Assembly (NCBI GenBank): GCA_963826525.1
Contig: CAWGXH010000004.1
Location: 1,696,001 to 1,760,000, forward strand
Length of the DNA: 64,000 bases
Direction of reading: 5' to 3'
Origin: an uncultured Methanomicrobiaceae archaeon
GTDB lineage: Archaea > Halobacteriota > Methanomicrobia > Methanomicrobiales > Methanoculleaceae
In this document: in pieces, positions 35,532 through 45,872 of the stretch
Layout of the letters: each line of letters begins with the position of its first letter
How positions within the stretch are numbered: position 1 is the first letter of the stretch
Made by a program: the position numbers and the translations under genes
The notes under the pieces: generated by a model
Databases searched by the model: none
Seen by the model: the letters and a program-made list of their open reading frames with translations, nothing else
Told to the model about the DNA's origin: nothing

Positions 35532-36736
35532 ATGGAGCGTTGGGACTCTGCCGCAATGGTTATCGCCCTGATTATCTTTGCAGGGATTCTGGTCTTCTCC
35601 CTCGCCGCTTCGGAGCCGGACGGTATGCTCAACGCGTCCGTGCCGCACCCGGCCGCAGAGGGATGGCGCTTCCAGGCTGATACCGCCCCCCTCTTCGCCG
35701 ATACGTACGCCCGGCTGGCTGAGGAAAGTGCGTTCTCCGGAGAACCTCTGCCGGCGGTGCTGCCGACCGTTGAACCCGTTGAAAGCGAAACCGCGAATAT
35801 AGCCCCTGTCGATCCGGGCAATGTCACCGTGGAGATGCCCGAATATGACGATGATATTCTGGTAGATCTTATCGCCAACACCAGTATTCCTCTTAGCATG
35901 CTCTCGGTGCAGAATGTGTACCACTGTACTACTGGGACGAGGCTGCCGTGAGTGCTGGCGGGAGCGAGCTCTCCGATATGGCCACGGATGTCCTTGCGGA
36001 GGTGAAGCCGCTCGAGATCTCACCTGAGCGGGAAGGCACCCGGTCTGCGTTTGTTGCTGCTCTTGAGTCGTATGCGTCAGCCGGTAGAGTCCTAAAGGAG
36101 GCAGCGCTCCTGACCACGACCGAAGTGGATTCTGCCTTTGAAAATATTACTGCAGGTACGGATCACCTCCGAGAAGCGATCGACGGCATTTCTGACCGGG
36201 CACTCGATATTCCGCTGGAGGTTTCCGGTATAGGAGAACTGACTCCCCGTTCATCGTCGCTCCCTGTGTTCCAGACCGCTCTGCCGCTCCGGCAGCGGTA
36301 TACCTTCGATGACCGAACCGGTGCGAATACGATCTCCCTGATCCTCGAGTCGGTGCGGCGGACAGGATCCTATCAGCTTCTCGGGGGCGGCGGCGATACC
36401 GTTACCGCAGAGCCGGGGCGGATGTTCCTGCTGGTCGCCGTGCAGGTCACCAACATCGGGCACAAAGGGGAGAGCAGGACATACACCATAAAGACACCGA
36501 CTCCCGGTTCGTTCACCCTCCACTACTACAATGCCGCGTATTCGCCGCTCACGGTCACCACCTCCACCTCCTATGGCGCTCCGTATGGAGTAGCCACACT
36601 GAACCGGTATGAGACGAAAGAGGGGTATCTGATCTACGACGTGCCCGCATCGTTCAACGTCTCCGGTGCCTACGTTTCGGTGAACCTCGGAGATCAGGGC
36701 TCTCCTGTGTGGGCACTCGGCAAGACCATGCAGTAA
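35532..36736 (+). CDS. exported protein, helical bundle + DUF4352-like domain (paralog 2; frameshift near 35921)
   Basis: TM anchor; AEPGRMFLLVAVQVTNIG, LNRYETKEGYLIYDVP; aligns with paralogs across the shift. Confidence 0.78.
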
Positions 36737-36879
36737 CCGCTTCTGCAGATCGACCGGGAGAGCTGCGGTGCGTTCACAGGTGGCGGGTTCGCATGCTCTC
36801 CTTAATGAGTGTTTTGCCGATACGGATCTTTCTGTCGGAAACCGGAATCATTATATGTTATCTCCTGGTATTCTGCGGT

Positions 36880-38004
36880 ATGCGGTTGCGATACTCTCTC
36901 CTAGCAACGCTGGTGCTCGCCGGTCTACTCGGGGCGTTCATCTTTACCATGGTTGTGCCCGGAGAGGCTTACGCAGAGGTTCGGAACGCTTCGGCAGGAA
37001 CCGTCTATGCCGATCTCATTCCGCTCCCACTGAATCCGTTCGCCGTCGCAGCCTCCTCTCCCGCCGCTCCGGTTGAGAATGCTTCCGATATATCGAGTGA
37101 GAACGGCAGCCTCGTTCCGGCCTCAGGCGACGACGAGCTCGCCCTGCTGATGGCGGATTCAAGTCTTCCCCTCCTGATGCTCTCTGTTCAGAACATTCAC
37201 GCCGCATACTACCGGGATGAAGGAGCGCTTTTTGAACTTGCTCCGGCGCTATACGATCTCGCTTTCTCGACACTCCAGGATGCCGAGGCCTGCACGGTCT
37301 CGCCCGAAAACGAATCGATCAAGGCGGATTTTATTGCAGCACTTGAAGAATACGCAGCAGCCGGCAGAATGCTCGCCGATAGCGGGCTCCGAGACCCTGC
37401 AGAGGTCGAGACAGCACTCGACCGCATCGCTGTGGGGACGGATCGCCTGCATCTGGTAATGGCATCGTTCAACGATACAGCAGATGTCGCTCCGGATGAG
37501 TTTTTGCTGCAGGCAGAGCCGTCTCCGATGCCGACTCCCGCATTCCCCGGTGCTCTCGGCCTTGGCGAACGTTATTGCTATGACGACTCGAGCGGTGATA
37601 ATATGCTCTCGCTTATCGTCGAATCAACGAGACGGGCACATGCGTTTACGGTGGAAGACTCCTCGCGGAAACGCATCGAGGCCGAACCCGGTCGGGAGTA
37701 TCTCCTCGTTGCGCTCAAGTATACGCACCTTGGGTACAAAGGAGACGGGAAGAACTATCTTGTCAGGCTTCCCGCGGCACGGTCGTTCACGCTTGTTTAT
37801 CAGGAGTCGACCTACCAGGCGATCGATGTCCCTGCGATGACGTCGCAGGGTCAGTCATATCTGGGCGGACAGCTTGATCGATATGAGGCACTGGAGGGCT
37901 TCCTCTTCTTCGAGATCCCCGAGGCGATGAACATCTCGGAGGCCTACCTAAAAGCCGATCTCGGTGTGGGCAAACCTATCTGGCGGCTTATGAATCTACG
38001 GTGA
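36880..38004 (+). CDS. exported protein, helical bundle + DUF4352-like domain (paralog 3)
   Basis: TM anchor; AEPGREYLLVALKYTHLG, LDRYEALEGFLFFEIP. Confidence 0.78.
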   Translation: MRLRYSLLATLVLAGLLGAFIFTMVVPGEAYAEVRNASAGTVYADLIPLPLNPFAVAASSPAAPVENASDISSENGSLVPASGDDELALLMADSSLPLLMLSVQNIHAAYYRDEGALFELAPALYDLAFSTLQDAEACTVSPENESIKADFIAALEEYAAAGRMLADSGLRDPAEVETALDRIAVGTDRLHLVMASFNDTADVAPDEFLLQAEPSPMPTPAFPGALGLGERYCYDDSSGDNMLSLIVESTRRAHAFTVEDSSRKRIEAEPGREYLLVALKYTHLGYKGDGKNYLVRLPAARSFTLVYQESTYQAIDVPAMTSQGQSYLGGQLDRYEALEGFLFFEIPEAMNISEAYLKADLGVGKPIWRLMNLR

Positions 38005-38088
38005 TCTGCAGGCGATATAGCCCGGTTTATTTCACTTTTTTCCGTCCGGGTGGCCGTTTCCCTGGGCAGGTATCCTTCAGGCCTTCTA

Positions 38089-38215
38089 GGGGCAAAGCGT
38101 GTCTTGAGGCTCTGCACCGGGCAACACACGTACGGCCTTGCACCTTGGCCTCTCCCTTCCAACGGGAGAAGCCTCCGGACGATGGCTGCAAGGGCTCACC
38201 GCGGCTCTTTGCCCC
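38089..38215. repeat. nested inverted repeats (long imperfect hairpin)
   Basis: GGGGCAAAG 38089-97/CTTTGCCCC 38207-15; CCTTGCA 38136-42/TGCAAGG 38187-93; TCTCCC 38151-56/GGGAGA 38164-69. Confidence 0.5.
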
Positions 38216-38632
38216 ACATATTCTTCAACTGCAGGCGCTGGTCGGGATGTTCCGTGGGGCGAGGGTCCTGGAAGAGTCGTGTCTGCAGCGTCGGCTCTGC
38301 CCTCTTTCGTCCGAATTCACATCGCGATTGCTGGCAAGGTCATCAAAATATTCTTTAGCAGGGGGGAGATCCTCCCCCTCCCCTATGTGATAGCCCAACG
38401 TCCAGGCCGTGCTCGCGATGTGGATAGTGCGGCTCTTTTCCGCTGATGCAGTGACCGTGAGAGTGCTTCGATCCGAATCAATTTTTTCACTCCCGGATAC
38501 TTTTGGGATCTGCTCAGTTGTATACGCCGGAAGTATCTGATAACGACGGTTTCGTTCCCGTCGGGTCCCGTGGTATCCCAAACCGACCCGGGCAGGCCGG
38601 TTGCCTGCCCCGGCATGAAAAGAAGGAATGGT

Positions 38633-40876
38633 TCAGGCCGAAACAGAATCAGACGTTTCGAGGTTCGCGGCCGGCGTGTACGTCCAGCCGTCTTTTTCTA
38701 CCGCATCGACTGTGAAGGTGAAGACGCCGCTGTTTCGCACCGTGTTCGATGTAAAAGTTACCGAACCGGCGCTGTCTGTCGTTCTGACCCCGGCACCCCT
38801 TCCAAGACCGCCCCAGTGTCCGGTGACTTCAGCTCCCGGAACCGGGTTGTTGCCGTCATCGACAATCGTGACGGTCGCGACGCCGTAGGTGCGGTGCGAA
38901 GCCTCCTCTACAAGCATATCGATAGCCTGGACGTGCATCCCGGCCGCTTCGTTCACCCCGATAACGGTGACGATCTGTGTCTCCGTGGATGATGCTTCTG
39001 CGTTATCGGTGACGGCGAGTGTAACGGCATAGGTGCCTGCCGAGTCATAGATGTGGGTTACCACCGTCCCGGTTCCGCTCGTGCCGTCACCGAAGTCCCA
39101 ATCATACAGCACGATCGTGCCGTCCGGATCGGACGATGCCGAACCGTCGAAGACTGCCGGACTGTCCATATACACGGTGCTGTCTCCGTTGAGAACTGCA
39201 ACCGGCGGCTGATTGGCTTCAACAACGATCTGCACCGAATCGGTAGCGGTTGCCCCGTCGGTGTCGGTGATCCGCAGCGTGACCGTGTGTATTCCGACGA
39301 CAAACGTGTACGTCAGACTCTCTCCGGTTCCGAGGCTATCGTCTCCTTCGAGCCATTCGTAGGCGACGATGGAACCGTCGGGGTCAAAAGAGCCTGATCC
39401 GTCGAGGAAAACTGCTTCGAGGCCGTCACCGTCCGCATCGCCTGTCGACCGATCGTCACCGGCGTCGGGAACCGGGAGGTCGTTTGTCAGTGTTGTGAAG
39501 GTGTATGGAGCCTCCACGGCAGGGGCGGTGGCGGTGTTTCCATATGCATCGGTCGATGAAACTGTGTAGGAGTACGCGACGCCTTTTTCGAGGTTCGCGA
39601 GTTCGAGGCGGTGCGAAACGCCGGTGTCGGTTTCTGATACCTGCTCGTTCAGGGCGGATGGCGAGGTGCCGTACCGGAGCATGCCCGATGCCGGTTCGTC
39701 GGTCTGCCAGGTGATCGCCGCACCGCTTCCCGTTACCCCCTCAACCGCAACGCCGGTGATGATCGGCGGGGTCGTATCCGTGATGGGGAGACTCCCCACC
39801 GCCTCGGCGGCGTTCACTATTCCATTGCCATACCATGCCGGCTTACCGAGATCTGTCGCGGTGGTGGCGAGCGTCTCCCGAACCTCGGTGTTGCTCAGGT
39901 TCGGATGAGCTGCCAGGACGAGTGCCGCAACGCCGGCGACATGCGGACATGCCATTGACGTTCCGCTTATCGAGCGGTAACCGTCCGGATATGTTGAATA
40001 GATCCCGACACCCGGTGCAGCGAGCTCCACAGCAGGTCCGGTGCTCGACCAGGATGCTCGTTGATCGTTCTCGCCGATTGCAGAGACTGCAATCACGGAG
40101 TCATACCTGGCTGGATAGTCGACTGTATCGCCGTATCCGGAGTACCTGCCGTCATTGCCTGCAGCCCCGACGAGGACGATCCCTGCGTCGTATGCCGCAT
40201 CACAGGCCGACTGAAGGGCATAGGAGTTGGAGTTGCTGCCAAGGCTCATCGAGATGACCTGTATATCATTGTCGACCGCCCATTCGATACCCGATATGAC
40301 ATCGCTGATGTATCCGCCGCCACTGCTGCTTAACACCTTGACCGCATAGAGATCGGCCTTCGGGGCGACACCGATGATACCGATATCGTTCATCTCGGCT
40401 GCAATGATGCCTGCACAGTGTGTTCCGTGGCCGTTGTCATCCATGGGATCGGCATCGTCGTTGGCGAAGTCGTATCCTCCCCGGTAGTTCCCTTCCAGGT
40501 CCGGGTGGGTGTAGTCGATGCCCGTATCGAGGACGGCCACACGTACTCCATCTCCGGTGACAGCTTCATGCACCATCGGTGCTCCGACTCTCTCGATGCC
40601 CCAGGGGATGGTATCACCCAGTGCATGCACCTGGTAGTCCGGCTCGATATAGGCTATCCTCGGGTCGCGTGCAATCCTCTCAATGGCGTACGCGGGCATA
40701 TCCGCCGATACTGCCGAGATCCCGTGATGTACATGCGTGACTGTGCCGTGTTGAAGCATTGTCTGATCCATATCGCCCCGAAACCCGATTATGACCTGCT
40801 CCGCCCCGGCTACTGTGACAAACGTGCCTGATATCAGTAAAAGAACTATCAGGCACAGGAAATATCCCCGCTTCAT
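38633..40876 (-). CDS. secreted S8 subtilisin-like protease with propeptide, Fn3-like and PKD domains
   Basis: Signal peptide; triad LDTGID, HGTHCAG, GTSMACPHVAG; LDGSGSFDPDG and WDFGDG PKD motifs. Confidence 0.93.
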   Translation of the reverse strand: MKRGYFLCLIVLLLISGTFVTVAGAEQVIIGFRGDMDQTMLQHGTVTHVHHGISAVSADMPAYAIERIARDPRIAYIEPDYQVHALGDTIPWGIERVGAPMVHEAVTGDGVRVAVLDTGIDYTHPDLEGNYRGGYDFANDDADPMDDNGHGTHCAGIIAAEMNDIGIIGVAPKADLYAVKVLSSSGGGYISDVISGIEWAVDNDIQVISMSLGSNSNSYALQSACDAAYDAGIVLVGAAGNDGRYSGYGDTVDYPARYDSVIAVSAIGENDQRASWSSTGPAVELAAPGVGIYSTYPDGYRSISGTSMACPHVAGVAALVLAAHPNLSNTEVRETLATTATDLGKPAWYGNGIVNAAEAVGSLPITDTTPPIITGVAVEGVTGSGAAITWQTDEPASGMLRYGTSPSALNEQVSETDTGVSHRLELANLEKGVAYSYTVSSTDAYGNTATAPAVEAPYTFTTLTNDLPVPDAGDDRSTGDADGDGLEAVFLDGSGSFDPDGSIVAYEWLEGDDSLGTGESLTYTFVVGIHTVTLRITDTDGATATDSVQIVVEANQPPVAVLNGDSTVYMDSPAVFDGSASSDPDGTIVLYDWDFGDGTSGTGTVVTHIYDSAGTYAVTLAVTDNAEASSTETQIVTVIGVNEAAGMHVQAIDMLVEEASHRTYGVATVTIVDDGNNPVPGAEVTGHWGGLGRGAGVRTTDSAGSVTFTSNTVRNSGVFTFTVDAVEKDGWTYTPAANLETSDSVSA

Positions 40877-41021
40877 GGGTGTGCCGTATGCCGGGGACTA
40901 CTATTTAATGGTTTCTTTTGGTGGAAGCATATTTTGATTATTATTATTCGTTGACGAATAAAATGGGGTGGTCAAAACAAAGATTATTTTATTTAATTGT
41001 TTCTCACAGATTCTCCTACTT

Positions 41022-41036
41022 GGGAAAGTTATATAT
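41022..41036 (+). promoter_or_regulatory. BRE/TATA promoter of the beta-helix gene
   Basis: gggaaag-TTATATAT in AT-rich divergent region; GGTGA RBS before ATG 41102. Confidence 0.65.
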
Positions 41037-41101
41037 ACAAATTACGTCTATGCGCGTCTAACATCGTTCAGGCGATGGGTATGAAAACAGGTGAAGAACT
41101 C

Positions 41102-44100
41102 ATGACGAATGCAAAATTCGGGCAATCAAACCGGTTGCTTCTCTGGTCGGTGTTTGCACTGGCCATTGCGGCGCTGCTGTTCGTGCCCGTAAGTGCAGTG
41201 GATGTGGCGAATACCACGCCTGCTGTTTCGGCCCAAACCACTGTGGTGCCTGCACCCTGTGAGGTCTGGGTCTGTCCGAGCTATGGACCATCGACTCCAG
41301 GATATGGATGCGATCACTTCAAGACCATCCAGGAGGCAGTCGACGCCGTGGCAGAATGCGGCATTGTGCATGTCGGCGACGCGACCTACTATGAGTCCGT
41401 CGAGATTACCACGCCCGGGATCTCCGTGATCGCCGATGAGGGCACTATCCTCGATGCGACGGGAGAATTGATCGGCATATGCATCCACGATGCGGCGGAC
41501 GTCACCGTCAGCGGTTTTACAATTATTAATGCCGAAGAGGTCGGGATTCTCGCTGAGTATGCCGACAATGTCCGGATAACCGACAACTGCATAGACCTCG
41601 ATGTACTGTTTGGCGACGGTATCGCTGTCTACTGCTCTGATAATGCCGTCATCTCCGGCAACAGCATCACGATTGATGCGTGCATGGATGCCTACGGTAT
41701 CTACGTCGACGACTCCGAGAATCCTCAGGTAACCTGCAACTCCATCTGTATTAACGTCATTGGTTCCGAGGGCATTATCACGACCGATGAGTCGGTCGTC
41801 AGCGCCCTTGATACCGGACATACGGCAGGTCACCGGGCCGGGGTAAAGTCTTCTGAGATCTCAGCGGCGAACGAGCAGTCCTGCTATGCATATGCCGCCG
41901 GTATCTCCGTCTACGGTACCTCCGCACTGGTTGAAGAGAACGTCGTCAACGTTACCTCAACCTGCGAGGTCTGCGTGTTCGGGAGCTTCGCCGGAACCGT
42001 CGGTATCGATGTCGAAGGCGACTTCGCCGAGGTCTCCTGCAACCAGATCACCTCGACCGCAGCGGCCGACTGTGCCTATGCCGACGGCATCTATGCCACC
42101 GGCCTGAAGATTATCGTCGATTCCAACACGATCGACTCCTGCACCGAGGCGTACACCGCCGACCCGTACGGTATCGATATCTGGGATGCCGAGAAGGGTC
42201 AGGTCGTCGATAACGTCATCAGCATGAATGTCTACGGCGTCGTCGCCACCGGGTATGGTATCATAGTCGAAGATGCCGAGAAGGTTCAGGTCATCGGCAA
42301 CACCGTCGGTATCGACGCCTGCCTCGAGAGCCTTGATGGTATCGATCTCGTCGACAACGTCGACGCAGAATGTAGTGCAGCCTTCTGGATGGAGGGCATC
42401 TACGTCTATGACAGTTACCAGTCCCAGGTTGCCGACAACTGCGTCGATGTGAAGGCCAATGTTGCTGCTTCGTCCCTCGACGGAGCGATCGCTATCGGGA
42501 GTTCCGGCCACGCTCAGGCAATGAATGAGATGCACGCCGACGTCGCCGGTGTATCGGTTGCAGAGTGGTCGGGCACCGCCGGTGTCGATATCGATGCCTG
42601 TGATGAGGCGGATATTCACGACAACACTATCAGTGTCGACCTCTGCATCGAGGCTCTTGACGAGAGTGAGGCCTTTGCCGTTGCCTATGCCGGCATCTGG
42701 GCGGAAGGCCTGAGCCTCTGGAGAGGGTGCGACTCTAACGTTTACGAAAACAGTGTCTCCGTGCTCCTCGACGCCGAGGTTGCCTCGGCTTCCGGAGATG
42801 AGACCAGATATGCAAACACTGTCTGTCTTGCAGACACCGAGGCCTTCGGTATCACGCTCTACGATACCTACGACACGACCGTCATCGACAACTGCGTCGA
42901 TGTCAAAGGCAGCAACGCCATCGCCGGTGTTGCGGTCGCATCATGCTCCGGCATGACTCCTGACTGCCTGATGGCGCGGCTCGCCCGGGAGGGCATGCTC
43001 GTTCAGGAGCAGGCCATGCTGGTGAACGAATCCGTAAACTCGATCATCGGTTCCACCGATGCATTCGCCGACCGTGACATCGTCGAACGCCGTCATCGGC
43101 ATCTTTGCGGATACCGACGGAAACGTCGAGATCAACGATAACTCCGTTGATGTCTGTGTTGACACCGCCGCGGTCGCCGCCTCGCACTCCGAGGTCGGTG
43201 TTGAGGATGCATTCTCCGGCCAGACCGGACTTGGTGTCGGGTTCGGTATCATCGGCCCTTCCGGTGACTGTGCGATCATCACCGGGAACGATGTCTCCGT
43301 TAGCAGCGCTCTCAAAGCCGTTGCATACGCCGAAGAAGAACTCATCGGTACCAGGGATGCCGTCACGACCGGGTTGAACGGCGTGGCTGCGGTCGGTATC
43401 ACCGCGCTTGCGCATGTCAACGACGTCTCCGACAACACCGTCTGTATCGATGTCTCCGGCGAATACAAGGCAGCCTCCATTGAGAGCGTGCCCGATGAGT
43501 ATGCCGGTGCATACGGCCTCCTCGGCTCGGCCGGTATCGGTATCGTGACGCTGAACACCCTTGATCTGGTCGACGAGTTCGTCGATCTGAACACTGTCGC
43601 ACAGAATGATGTGACCGTTGAAAACTGCATCACCATGAACCTCTACGCCGAGGGTATCGGTGACCCGGTTGCTCTTGCGGGCGGCCTTGGTGCGAGTGTG
43701 GGTATCATCGCTCCCGACTCCTTCATCCACGGCAATGACGTGAACGTCACTGCCTGTGTGGACGGAGCAATTGCAGAGACCTACGAAGCATCGGCTCTTG
43801 AAGTCGGATCCGCGAGCGGTGCCGCCGGCCTTGCCGTAGGTATTGCTTCGATCGACTCGGTCGTCACCTGCAACAACGTCATCGCAAACGGAGGCGCAAA
43901 TGCCGTCGCCGTCGCCGAGACCGAAGCGCTCCTCGAGAACGCATTCGGCTACGCGCTCAGTGCCGGTGTCGGTATCGGGATCCTTGACCACGAATCCTCC
44001 ATCGAGCAGAACACGGTCGAGGGCCACGGATGCGCAGTCGCCGAGGCAGTCGCCGAAGGCTACCGCACCGATGCAGATTCCCTTGCGTTCTCTGCCGGTA

Positions 44101-44969
44101 TCGGTGTCTTCACCTATGGCGGCGACGTGAACTTCAACAACCTCGTCGGCAGCGACGATGCAGGGCTGTTCGTGATCGACGCAATAGTCCTGCCCGGAGA
44201 GCTCGAGGCCGATCACTTCGATCCCACCGATGCGACCTACAACTACTATGGCGCCGTCAGCGGCCCCTCCGGCATGGGACCGGGCATCGGTGATGCCGTC
44301 TACGGGACCTGCACCTACGAGCCGTGGCTGACACAGCCCTTTGCGGTCGTCATCGGCGAGCACAAGGCTGCCCTCGGCTTCGAGCTCAAGGGTGAGTACG
44401 ACTACTACGCCCTTAAGAAGGGCTGGAACACGCTCTCCACCCCGATATCGCTCGTTAACAGCAGCTGGGGCTCGATCAGCAACCTCGGCGACGGCCTCGA
44501 CTACTGTGCTGCAGTCACGTGGGATGCCGAGCAGCAGACCTGGGTGCAGGTTATCGACTCCACCGAGATAAGGCCGCTTGATGCGATCTTCATCAAGATG
44601 ATCCGCGACGACCGTGTGCCGCTCGCAATCAACCCGGAGATCACAAGCCCGGCCATAAAGTGCCTCCAGCCCGGCTGGAACCTGATCGGGCCTGCATACT
44701 GCCTTGACCAGGACTGCCTTGCGTGGGAGACCATGCCGGTCGACAAGACACTCATCTCCGTGGCAGAGACTCCCGACGGGAAGACCGGATACACACTCGT
44801 CGTCAGCCCGTCCGTGAACGAAGACTGCTGGGTCTACACTGTCGGCTGCGATGAGGCGCCGACCATGGATGTCGGACGAGGATACTGGGTCTTCATGGAG
44901 AACTGCGACACGCTCGCAGGCTTCTCCTCAACACCCCTGAACATCCCGGCAGTGAACCTCTGCTGCTGA
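41102..44969 (+). CDS. large secreted acidic Cys-rich right-handed beta-helix protein (~1290 aa; frameshift near 43067)
   Basis: Signal peptide, FKTIQEAVDAV cap, repeated GI-x6-9-N-x-I turns, C-terminal duplicated GWN...GYWV domain. Confidence 0.82.
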
Positions 44970-45013
44970 TAGCACCGCACGTCCGAGAAGGGAATGCAGA
45001 AAAGACAGCAAAT

Positions 45014-45043
45014 AGCGGGAACCTAGGTTCCCGCTTTTTCTTT
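45014..45043 (+). terminator. perfect 22-bp palindrome followed by T-tract
   Basis: AGCGGGAACCTAGGTTCCCGCT (45014-45035) then TTTTCTTT. Confidence 0.7.
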
Positions 45044-45058
45044 ATGTGAGGATAAGAC

Positions 45059-45787
45059 ATGAGAAGCGAATACGTAATTCTAATCTGTCTTGCGGTGTCA
45101 TGTGCTCTGGTCACCACCGTTCTGGCAGAAGATGCATCGCACCCGCCGCTCCCGCAGTTCTTCAACGGCTCGGTCGCCGATAACCTCGGCAACCCTGCAC
45201 CGGTGGGGACGGAGATTGCGGCTTACATTAACGGTGAAGAGCGCGGCAGCATCGTAATGACCAGAATAGGAGCTTACGGATGGGTCGATCCCGGAGAACC
45301 AACGCTCGTCGTCGTCGGCGACAGATCCGGCCAGACGATCACCTTCTACGTAAACGGCATCCTTGCGGAACAGGACACACAGTTCGCATCCGGAGAGGTC
45401 ACACGCATGAATCTGACTACGAAGGAAGCCATCCCGGTAATTACGCCCACCGTCACCCCCACCCCCGCTCCCACCTCCACGCCCGGCGGTGGCGGTGGTG
45501 GTCTATCACCCGCACCGAGCGGTGGAACTGGTGGGGGTATCATCTTCTCCGGCGCATCCTTGGAGACCAGCGGTTCTGACACCCAACCGTCGAACGTGAC
45601 GGAAACCCCGGAGATCACCCCGACCGAAACAGTAACCATTCAGCCGGAGGAGACTGCAACGACGCCGGTCACGACCGGCATCGAGACCGCCGCCCCGATC
45701 GGCGAGGTTCCGATGCTCGCGATCATCGGTGTGGTTGTTCTGGCAGTGGCTGCCGTCGGAGGCATCTTCTTCATGCGCAGACGGTAA
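45059..45787 (+). CDS. exported protein with Pro/Thr/Gly linker and C-terminal TM + RRR anchor
   Basis: Signal peptide, PPLPQFFNGSV...PAPVGTEIAA beta-rich domain, TPTPAPT/GGGGG linker, IIGVVVLAVAAVGGIFFMRRR. Confidence 0.85.
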   Translation: MRSEYVILICLAVSCALVTTVLAEDASHPPLPQFFNGSVADNLGNPAPVGTEIAAYINGEERGSIVMTRIGAYGWVDPGEPTLVVVGDRSGQTITFYVNGILAEQDTQFASGEVTRMNLTTKEAIPVITPTVTPTPAPTSTPGGGGGGLSPAPSGGTGGGIIFSGASLETSGSDTQPSNVTETPEITPTETVTIQPEETATTPVTTGIETAAPIGEVPMLAIIGVVVLAVAAVGGIFFMRRR

Positions 45788-45872
45788 ACCCGGTTTTCTC
45801 TTTTTTCCATCCGGCATCGCCGGATCTACGGGGAGAAGGCGAAAAATGGTGGGTGAACCGGTTCTTTCTCCC

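Noticed and set aside
44961-44966. C-terminal CC as a Rab-type prenylation signal
   Set aside because: Protein is exported and Cys-rich throughout; no prenyltransferase evidence
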